Shown here piece by piece: positions 53,280 through 64,000 of a stretch of 64,000 bases of DNA (positions are counted from its first letter, which is position 1; each line of letters starts with the position of its first letter). Source of the DNA: Eledone cirrhosa (lineage: Eukaryota); the NCBI GenBank assembly GCA_964016885.1, contig OZ024759.1, positions 29,822,001 to 29,886,000 on the forward strand, given 5' to 3'. The notes beneath the pieces were generated by a model. The model was not told the origin of the DNA, did no database searches, and saw only the letters and a list, made by a program, of their open reading frames with translations. The position numbers were made by a program, and so were the translations under genes.

Positions 53280-55835
53280 ATGACATCATTTTTTGTAATG
53301 ACTGAAAGAATACGATCGCAAATATAAGCGGCCGGATTGAGATTCCTCCGAAGGGTCTTTGGAGTAACGTTAAACGTTATTCGATAAAGTGCATATCTTG
53401 GAGATCAGAGAGTCACTCCAGGAAGAGCTGCTAATTCTCTGAATTGAAAGATCCCAGCTCTGGTACTATGGGTATGTGGTTAGAATGTCTCTAGGAAGGA
53501 ATTGCTGGAGAGTTGCTCCAGGTAGAGCCACTACTTCTCCGAATTGAGAGATCACAGCTCTGATACTGTGGGCATGTGGTTAGGATGTCTCAGGAAAGAG
53601 TTGCTCCAGGTAGAGCCACTACTTCTCCGAAATGAGAGATCACAGCTCTGATACTGTGAGCATGTGGTCAGAATGTCTCAGGAAAGAGTTGCTCCAGGTA
53701 GAGCCACTACTTCTCTGAATTGAGAGATCACAGCTCTGATACTGTGGGCATGTGGTCAGAATGTCTCAGGAAAGAGTTGCTCCAGGTAGAGCCACTACTT
53801 CTCTGAATTGAGAGATCACAGCTCTGATACTGTGGGCATGTGGTCAGAATGTCTCAGGAAAGAGTTGCTCCAGGTAGAGCCACTACTTCTCTGAATTGAG
53901 AGATCACAGCTCTGATACTGTGAGCATGTGGTCAGAATGTCTCAGGAAAGAGTTGCTCCAGGTAGAGCCACTACTTCTCTGAATTGAGAGATCACAGCTC
54001 TGATACTGTGGGCATGTGGTTAGGATGTCTCAGGAAAGAGTTGCTCCAGGTAGAGCCACTACTTCTCCGAAATGAGAGATCACAGCTCTGATACTGTGGG
54101 CATGTGGTCAGAATGTCTCAGGAAAGAGTCACTCCAGGTAGAGCCACTACTTCTCCGAAATGAGAGATCACAGCTCTGATACTGTGAGCATGTGGTCAGA
54201 ATGTCTCAGGAAAGAGTTGCTCCAGGTAGAGCCACTACTTCTCTGAATTGAGAGATCACAGCTCTGATACTGTGGGCATGTGGTCAGAATGTCTCAGGAA
54301 AGAGTTGCTCCAGGTAGAGCCGCTACTTCTCTGAATTGAGAGATCACAGCTCTGATACTGTGAGCATGTGGTCAGAATGTCTCAGGAAAGAGTTGCTCCA
54401 GGTAGAGCCGCTACTTCTCTGAATTGAGAGATCACAGCTCTGATACTGTGGGCATGTGGTTAGGATGTCTCAGGAAAGAGTTGCTCCAGGTAGAGCCACT
54501 ACTTCTCCGAAATGAGAGATCACAGCTCTGATACTGTGGGCATGTGGTCAGAATGTCTCAGGAAAGAGTCACTCCAGGTAGAGCCACTACTTCTCTGAAT
54601 TGAGAGATCACAGCTCTGATACTGTGGGCATGTGGTCAGAATGTCTCAGGAAAGAGTTGCTCCAGGTAGAGCCACTACTTCTCTGAATTGAGAGATCACA
54701 GCTCTGATACTGTGAGCATGTGGTCAGAATGTCTCAGGAAAGAGTTGCTCCAGGTAGAGCCGCTACTTCTCTGAATTGAGAGATCACAGCTCTGATACTG
54801 TGGGCATGTGGTCAGAATGTCTCAGGAAAGAGTTGCTCCAGGTAGAGCCACTACTTCTCTGAATTGAGAGATCACAGCTCTGATACTGTGAGCATGTGGT
54901 CAGAATGTCTCAGGAAAGAGTCACTCCAGGTAGAGCCACTACTTCTCTGAATTGAGAGATCACAGCTCTGATACTGTGGGCATGTGGTCAGAATGTCTCA
55001 GGAAAGAGTTGCTCCAGGTAGAGCCACTACTTCTCTGAATTGAGAGATCACAGCTCTGATACTGTGAGCATGTGGTCAGAATGTCTCAGGAAAGAGTCAC
55101 TCCAGGTAGAGCCACTACTTCTCTGAATTGAGAGATCACAGCTCTGATACTGTGGGCATGTGGTCAGAATGTCTCAGGAAAGAGTTGCTCCAGGTAGAGC
55201 CACTACTTCTCTGAATTGAGAGATCACAGCTCTGATACTGTGAGCATGTGGTCAGAATGTCTCAGGAAAGAGTTGCTCCAGGTAGAGCCACTACTTCTCT
55301 GAATTGAGAGATCACAGCTCTGATACTGTGAGCATGTGGTCAGAATGTCTCAGGAAAGAGTTGCTCCAGGTAGAGCCGCTACTTCTCTGAATTGAGAGAT
55401 CACAGCTCTGATACTGTGGGCATGTGGTCAGAATGTCTCAGGAAAGAGTTGCTCCAGGTAGAGCCACTACTTCTCTGAATTGAGAGATCACAACTCTGAT
55501 ACTGTGGGCATGTGGTCAGAATGTCTCAGGAAAGAGTTGCTCCAGGTAGAGCCACTACTTCTCCGAATTGAGAGATCACAGCTCTGATACTGTGGGCATG
55601 TGGTTAGGATGTCTCAGGAAAGAATCGCTGGACAGACTTTACTGGCAAAACCAACTGGCAAGAGACCCAGGGGTAGACTCCGAGCAAGATGGTTGGATAA
55701 CATCCAAGAACTTGCCTGGTGTCGCTTGGGGATCCAGCAGGATAAGTTGGAGATGGTTGCTTCTGACAGGACCGACTGGAAGGAGTGTTTGAGGACTCTG
55801 TCCCCTCAACCCTGTCAGGAATAAGTGGGCGAAGA
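53280..55835 (+). mobile_element. RTE LINE 3' fragment containing an 88-bp x24 tandem array (about 53513-55620)
   Basis: Flanks encode RFLRRVFGVT..EIRESLQ and GHVVRMSQERIAGQTLLAKPTGKRPRGRLRARWLDNI..DRTDW. ggtagagcc recurs every 88 nt from 53521 to 55545. Confidence 0.9.
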
Positions 55836-56168
55836 ATAAGATGTATCAGAGTATGTGTTTATTTTGTATAGGAAAGAAAAGGGAAGAGTGAACAATAATT
55901 TGCAGACAGCAATGAGGAAATGGAAATTTATCCAACATTTAACCCTTTAGCATTTAAACCGGCTGTATCCGGCCAGAATTTTCTCACCACTTTCTGTTCA
56001 AACTGGCTATAACCGGCCGCTCATACTAACGTTAAGGTATTGTTCTCAAAATAAATAGATATCCATGGTGGATATCTATCTATCTACGAGAGTGTGCTGA
56101 ATAGTTCATAGGCAGACTATGAAGGAGTTGCTAGAGCTGTGAAATCATGCATGCATTAATTTTCTTTT

Positions 56169-56228
<60 letters not shown>

Positions 56229-56258
56229 GTTATGTAATAAACAACATAAGATAATTAT

Positions 56259-56319
56259 TTCATTTACCAGTGGTTTCTTGAAGGCAGATGTTATGTCTGT
56301 CTTCAGTCATCAGAATGAA
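56259..56319 (-). ncRNA. Type-I hammerhead with an intact canonical core
   Basis: UUCAUU-CUGAUGA-cUGAAGaCAGA(cauaaca)UCUGcCUUCAa-GAAA-CC(acu)GG-UA-AAUGAA, flanked by (TA)n on both sides. Confidence 0.8.
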
Positions 56320-56604
56320 TAAATATATATATATACACTTACGTACATATATACATGGGACACACTAGAAGAGGAAGACCAAGGTTAACGTATGTTGATG
56401 CCCTAAGGACAGACACTGGTCTGTTGGAGACGCAGGACATGGCAGCGATAATGAGGGACAGAGACCGCTGGAGAGAACTCGTCCATGGATCTCGTGAATT
56501 TTACCCGCCTTAGATAGATAGATAGATATATGTATACATACATGCATACATAAATACATATATATATATATATACATACATACATAAATATATATATACA
56601 CATA

Positions 56605-57478
56605 TAAGGTGTGACAGAAAAGTTCCAGGACTGATGTCACAAAAGATTTATTTCAAACCCAAACTTCACACTAAGAGTTTTCTCTCCTTCAAAGTAATCC
56701 CCCTGGAGTATGTAACTGTAATCTTAGCTCTCTGCAGCGATCAAACTTTTTTCTTCATAATTTTATATACATGTCCTCTGATTCAGGTCGTCAAGCAATG
56801 AGCACAGAGCAACGAACAAACTTGAAAAATCCGTCAGAAGCAGTAGGATTGCTGCAGCAAGTGTATGGAGATGAGACGATGTCACGCTCACATGTTTTTG
56901 AGTGGTGCAAGAGGTTTAAAGAAGGACGCGAGGACGTGGAAGATGACTCCAGGAGCGGAAGGCCCTCAACAACCAGGACTGAGGTCAACGTTGAGCGCGT
57001 CAGGCAGATGGTGCGTAGCGATCGTCGGCTGACTGTTCGACTGATGGCAAATGAGCTGGGCATGAATCGGGACAGTGTCTGGAAGATTCTCCCTGAAGAT
57101 TTGGACATGCGGAAAGTCTGCTCGAAGACGGTGCCAAAACTGCTGAACGATGACCAGAAGGATCGACTCATGCAAGTGTGCCAGGACATCCTCGAGTGTC
57201 TTGAAACCGAACCAGACTTGCTAGGGACAGTCATCACCGGTGATGAGTCATGGATCATCGAGTACGACCCAGAGGGGACCCGTTTTGAAGACGTGGACGA
57301 CATCAAAAAGGCCGTGACGATTGAACTGCGGAGGATCCCGGAAGAATCCTTCTAGGAGTGCATGCAAGCATGGCAGAAAAGGATGAAAAAGTGTATTAGA
57401 CTCCAGGGAGATTACTTTGAGGGAGAAAACTCTTAGTGTGAAGTTTGGGCAGTCCTGGAACTTTTCTGACCCACCTCA
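56605..57478 (+). mobile_element. Internally deleted mariner (Tc1/mariner) transposon
   Basis: TA target duplication; ~29-bp TIRs t(a/g)aggtg(t/g)g(a/t)cagaaaagttccaggactg. ORF has the HTH region (VFEWCKRFKEGREDVEDDSRSGRP), VPKLL and ITGDESW, joined directly to GTRFEDVDDIK..GDYFEG. Confidence 0.92.
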
Positions 57479-58671
57479 TACATACATACACACACACACA
57501 CATATATACACACATACATATACACACCCATACATACATACATACACACACACACACATATACACACATACACACATACATATATATACATACATACATA
57601 CATACACACAAACATATATTTTGCATCTAATAACTGCATATAATAACATTTGTATGTAATAACTGCATATACACATGTAAAGATACAAAGCATATACACA
57701 TGCACACATACAACTCAAAACATACACATCCACACATACAATAACATCCATATCTACACATGCATACATACATATCTACCTAGTTGATGTTGTGTAAATT
57801 CCAATGAGAGAGTCTTGTGTCTATGTTAGAAACCGACTCTCTCTCTATTGGGAAAAAATTTGTGAAATTATAAAACCAGAAGAATATACATACGTACGTA
57901 CCTACACGCATACATACATACACACATACATATATACATACGCCTACTACATACATACACCTAAAGAACAACTTCACAACCAAAACCAACAAATATATTG
58001 TCGTTATCATGCCACAAATGATGAATATTAAATTCCGTGAAAATACAAAATTATATTTCCCGCTAATTAAAATTAATGAAGATATTTTAATGAAGAGATT
58101 TAATTTAAATGACATCACAATGTAGGCTATTTTAATTTTACTTTGTAATTTAAAAACAAATTAAATGACCATTTCATTTTAATTATGTTTTAGATTTATT
58201 TATTTTCGTTTTTTTTGTGGGGTGGGGGAGGGAAGGAGAGGGGGGGGGGATTTTCAAAGATAGATTTAATGGAGTACAAATTAAGCAAGAGATTTTTAAT
58301 TATTTAAACATTTTATATGGTGTGTCATTTTGTGAGACTGTATGAGTTTGTATGTATGTGTGTGGTGTCATTGTGCGACTGTATGTATGTGTGTAGTGTC
58401 ATTGTGTGACTGTTTGTGTGTGTATGTATGTGTGTGGTGTCATTGTGTGACTGTTTGTGTGTGTATGTATGTGTGTGGTGTCATTGTGTGACTGTATGTG
58501 TGTGTATGTTTGTGTGTGGTGTGTCATTGTGTGAGTGTATGGGTGATGTGTATGTGTATGTCTGTGTGTGGTGTGTCATCGTGTAACAACAACAACAACA
58601 GCAACAATGGCAACAACAGCAATGACAACAAAAAGATTGGAATATATTTTGATGCACATTTGATAACGCAC

Positions 58672-59840
58672 ATTTTGTTCTAACGACCCTGCCAGTTCAC
58701 CACTTCTAATACAGTACACCATGGTGGGATTTGAACTCAAACAGCCAAGAGTCGAAGCTAATAACACAAAGTATTCTATCTGATGTTCTAACGACCCTGC
58801 CAGTTCACCACTTCTAATACAGTACACCATGGTGGGATTTGAACTCAAACAGCCAAGAGTCGAAGCTAATAACACGAAGTATTCTATCTGATGTTCTAAC
58901 GACCCTGCCAGTTCACCACTTCTAATACAGTACACCATGGTGCGATTTGAACTCAAACAGCCAAGAGTCGAAGCTAATAACACAAAGTATTCTATCTGAT
59001 GTTCTAACGACCCTGCCAATTCACCACTTCTAATACAGTACACCATGGTGCGATTTGAACTCAAACAGCCAAGAGTCGAAGCTAATAACACAAAGTATTC
59101 TATCTGATGTTCTAACGACCCTGCCAGTTCACCACTTCTAATACAGTACACCACGGTGGGATTTGAACTCAAACAGCCAAGAGTCGAAGCTAAAACCACG
59201 AAGTATTCTATCTGATGTTCTAACGACCCTGCCAGTTCACCACTGCTAATACAGTACACCATGGTGGGATTTGAACTCAAACAGCCAAGAGTCGAAGTAT
59301 TCTATCTGATGTTCTAACGACCCTGCCAGTTCACCACTTCTAATACAGTACACCATGGTGGGATTTGAACTCAACAGCCAAGAGTCGAAGTATTCTATCT
59401 GATGTTCTAACGACCTTGCCAGTTCACCTCTTCTATTACAGTACACCATGGTGGGATTTGAACTCAAACAGCCAAGAGTCGAAGCTAATAACACAAAGTA
59501 TTCTATCTGATGTTCTAACGACCCTGCCAGTTCACCACTTCTAATACAGTACACCATGGTGGGATTTGAACTCAAACAGCCAAGAGTCGAAGCTAATAAC
59601 ACAAAGTATTCTATCTGATGTTCTAACGACCCTGCCAGTTCACCACTTCTAATACAGTACACCATGGTGGGATTTGAACTCAAACAGCCAAGAGTCGAAG
59701 CTAATAACACGAAGTATTCTATCTGATGTTCTAACGACCCTGCAGTTCACCACTTCTAATACAGTACACCACGGTGGGATTTGAACTCAGACAGCCAAGA
59801 GTCGAAGCTAATACCACAAACCATTCTATATGACCTTTTA
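58672..59840 (-). repeat. 108-bp x~11 tandem array of a SINE tRNA-like head
   Basis: Reverse-complement unit gtggtgaactggcagggtcgttagaacatcagatagaatac...gagttcaaatcccacc. Related monomer at 38043-38190. Confidence 0.9.
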
Positions 59841-60314
59841 ACAATTCCCCGCATATGTGATAGAAATATATAAGGTAATAACGTAAAGTAAACCCCCCCA
59901 AAAAAAACACCCCAAACAAACAGACAGATGTTATGGGTTGATATTTCAGTCAGGGATTGAAATGTCAAAATATATAAATATGTATAATTATATCACTGAA
60001 ATTTGATTATTATAATGATTGCTTCACTATTATTATGATTGGTTTGTTAATTTGCTAATATCATAAAAAGAGAGGGAAGGAGAGAGAGAGAGAGAAATAG
60101 AGAGAGAGAGGGGGAGGGAGGGAGAGAAAGAGAGAGAAAGAGAGGGAGAGAGAGGGAGAGAAAGAGAGAGGAGAAACAAACAAAAACCAACAACAACAGC
60201 AACTGTAACTGCAACAATGACAACAGCAACACCAAGAACAACAATAGTAACAACAACAACAGCAGCAGCAGCCACCACCACCACCACCACCACCACCACC
60301 AAGAACAACAACAA

Positions 60315-60346
<32 letters not shown>

Positions 60347-60899
60347 GCAATGGCAACAACAACAACAGAAGCAATGGCATGAAAGCAACAGAAGTGACAA
60401 CAACAACAACAGTAGCGGCAATGACAACAGTAACAGTAATAACAACAGCAGCAACAATGACAACGAAAGCAACTGCAACAACAACAACAGTAATGACAAC
60501 AACAAAATGACAACTCAGCAACAAACTCGGGCTTGAAGTCTTCAGAGCAATGTTTAATGTTTGTACATATAATTGACTTCCCAGTCAACGCAAGAGACAT
60601 ACATATAATATATATATATATATACAGGGGGTGTAACTTGGAGTTACTGCAGGTTCACTCGGGAGAGCACTCAATGTTTAGGTTCACTTCTGTGATGAGG
60701 TGTAGAGCTATACAGAGTGTAATATATTGAAAGGATAACAAGGACAAAGGGTCCGTCGAGCCGCCGATTATTGAGTCGGGTAGGATCGATACAGATCGAA
60801 CCTTGAGCTGATCAGTGGTGAAACACGTGTCACCTATCAATAAATGCAATGAAGGAGTAACCAATCGTTTTTGATATCCTTTCAATATATATATAATAT

Positions 60900-61765
60900 A
60901 TCATCATCATCATCATCATCATTTTACGTCCGCTTTTCCCTGCTTGCAAGGGTGGGACGGGTCTTATTCAGCACAGCATCTCTCACTCGTCACGGTCCCT
61001 CGTCATCTCACCGTGAGCTTCAATGATCTGAGGTCTGTTCTCACCACCTCCGCCCATGTTTTTCGTGGTCTACCTCTACCATATAATATATATATATATA
61101 TAAATACATATAAATATATATATATATATAAATACATATAAATATATATATATATATAAATACATATAAATATATATATATATATATATAAATACATATA
61201 AAATATATATATATATATATATAAATACATATAAATATATATATATATATATATAAATACATATAAATATATATATATATATATATAAATACATATAAAT
61301 ATATATATATATAAATACATATAAATATATATATATATAAATACATATAATATATATATATATAAATACATATAAATATATATATATATATAAAACATAT
61401 AAATATATATATATAAAAACAAATAACGAAACGAAATTAAATTTGTTTGTAACTCACTTTTGTATGACTGACGCTTTAACTTAATTATATATATATAAAT
61501 ACATATAATATATATATATATAAATACATATAAATATATATATATATATAAATTACATATAAATATATATATATAAATACATATAAATATATATATATAT
61601 TTATTCATATGTATTTATATATATATTATATATATTTTATATATCATCATCATCATTCATCATCATCATCATCATCATTTTACGTCCGCTCTTCCCTGCT
61701 TGCAAGGGTGGGACGGGTCTTATTCAGCACAGCATCTCTCCACTCGTCACGGTCCCTCGTCATCA
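60900..61765 (-). mobile_element. Two short RTE 3' tails (60900-61082, 61660-61765) separated by AT microsatellite
   Basis: [22 protein letters not shown] plus the cggacgtaaaatgatg tail. Confidence 0.75.
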
Positions 61766-62224
61766 TATTTATATATATGCTATCGCAGTTCCTAGTTGAA
61801 ACATCATCCCTTTTCTGGGGATACGAGGTGGAATTTGGAATTAGAACTCACAGACTTGAAAAAGACATCTTAAAGAACACCACGCCCACCACCACCACCA
61901 CCCCTACCCCCCGACTTGTCCGCCATTCCAACACCTGTGATTACGAATGCAATAATAAAATTGAAATAATTAATAGTTGCAGTAAATTTCATTAGAGATA
62001 CAACATTGGAGGGTTAATGGCTGCTATCCTCCAACTCCACAGGGTTAATGGCTGCTATCCTCCAACTCCACTTTCATCTCTCTACAGCTGAAGCATCATT
62101 TGTCTTATAAACAAATTGAAATCACCACAACTAAGGGAGATGCTTGTTGTGTTCAGCATCCTTACTATGTTGTGATTAATTGACAATCATTGGCTACAGC
62201 ATTAACATCAGTGCAGCCAGCACA

Positions 62225-62975
62225 AAACAACAACAACAACAACAACAACAACAATAACCATCAATAGCACTACCACCATCACCACCACCACCACCACCAC
62301 AAAGATCATGCCAACTACTGCCGCCACCACCACCACCACCACCACAATCATGCCAACTACCACCACCATTACCACCACCACTACAACAATCATGACAACT
62401 ACCACCACCATTACCACCACCACTACAACAATCATGACAACTATCACTACCATCACCACCACCACCACCACCACCACAACTACAAAGATCATGACAACTA
62501 CCACCACCATTACCACCACCACTACAACAATCACGACAACTACCACCACCATTACCACCACCACCACCACCACCACTACAACAATCATGACAACTACCAC
62601 CACCACCACTACAATCATCGTCACCACCAGAACCACCACAGTCTTTACAATCACCACTACCATTACCACCACCACCACCACCACCACCACTACAATCATC
62701 GTCACTACCAGAACCACCACAGTCTTTACAACCACCACTACCATTATCACCACCACCACCACTTTCATCATCAGCATCACCGACACCACCACCACAATCA
62801 CCACCACCACTACCATCATCATCACCCCCACCACCACCACCACCACCACAATCACTATCAACACAGACGTCATTACTACCCCTCCCCTCCCCCCCCACCC
62901 TCCATTTTGAACTTCAAGAATTATTCCTGTCAGCAGAAGCAGTCTCTCTCTCTCTCCATTTGAAATTAAAATTGG

Positions 62976-63006
<31 letters not shown>

Positions 63007-63332
63007 TGAAGAGAGAGAGAGAGAGATAGAGAGATAGGCAGAAAGATGGAGAGAGTGAGAGAGATAGACAGACAGAGAAATGGCAAGAGAGAGAGAGATA
63101 GAGAGAGAGGCAGAAAGATGGAGAGAGTGAGAGAGAGAGAGAGATAGACAGACAGAGAAATGGCAAGAAAGAGAAAGAGGGAGAGAGTGAGAGAGAGAGA
63201 GAGAGATAGACAGACAGAGAAATGGCAAGAGAGAGAGAGAGAGAGAAAGATGGAGAGAGTGAGAGAGAGAGAGAGAGATAGACAGACAGAGAAATGGCAA
63301 GAGAGAGAGAGAGATAGACAGACAGAGAAATG

Positions 63333-63398
<66 letters not shown>

Positions 63399-64000
63399 GG
63401 GAGAGAGAGAGAGAGTATAAAGCACTGTTGGCAGGTTATGAACTGGTGAACCTAAGTTTCACAATTTCACATCACATTTATTCCACATGAAGAAATTATT
63501 TTGTGATGACAACAAGGGTGATGATGATGGTGGTGATGGTGATGGTGGTGATGGTGATGGTGATGGTGATGGTGATGGTGATGATGATGGTGATGGTGAT
63601 GGTGTTGATGGTGATGGTGTTGATGGCGATGATGGTGATGGTGATGATGGTGATGACAATGGTGATGGTGATGATGATGGTGATGATGATGATGATGGTG
63701 ATGATGGTGATGATGGTGATGGTGATGGTGATGGTGTTGATGGCGATGATGGTGATGGTGATGGTGATGGTGTTGATGGCGATGATGGTGATGGTGATGG
63801 TGTTGATGGCGATGATGGTGATGGTGATGGTGATGGTGTTGATGGCGATGATGGTGATGGTGATGACGATGGTGATGGTGATGGTGATGATGGTGGTGAT
63901 GGTGATGACGATGGTGATGATGGTGATGATGGTGGTGATATGATGGTGATGGTATGATGCTGATGGTGATGGTGATGATGGTGATGACGACTAATCACCA
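62225..64000. repeat. (ACC)n-, (GA)n- and (GAT/GGT)n-based low-complexity arrays
   Basis: Directly visible; source of spurious Gly/Asp/Thr/Ser-Leu ORFs. Confidence 0.9.

Noticed and set aside
58576-59710. 234-aa and 154-aa ORFs with a 36-aa repeat
   Set aside because: Result of the 108-bp SINE-head unit being a multiple of three; the frame breaks at the deleted units.
60800-60845. GAAA-CACGUG-UC with upstream CUGAUCA
   Set aside because: Core has G8C and I could not form stem I or stem II; at most a heavily decayed remnant.

Overview
AT-rich, microsatellite-saturated animal genomic DNA; the repeat landscape resembles an octopod cephalopod (inference, not verified). The only host coding sequence I can support is two minus-strand exons (11904-12207 and 3038-3184) that splice in frame and encode part of the extracellular ANF-receptor domain of a receptor guanylyl cyclase. 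I found no further upstream exon, so 12208-64000 is probably one intron of more than 51 kb. The rest is transposon debris: two tRNA-derived SINE families, 3' ends of RTE, Tx1 and RLE-type LINEs, an internally deleted mariner, hAT and piggyBac-type MITEs, and many satellites grown from TE segments. The main hidden signal is a set of type-I hammerhead ribozyme motifs (CUGANGA-stem II-GAAA-stem III-NUH) from several unrelated families. Most sit in short units or fold-back palindromes embedded in (TA)n, as expected for Penelope-like pLTRs or retrozyme-like elements. One family shows compensatory base changes, and others have long stem II arms or non-canonical cores. Nearly all long ORFs in the supplied track are microsatellite artefacts.
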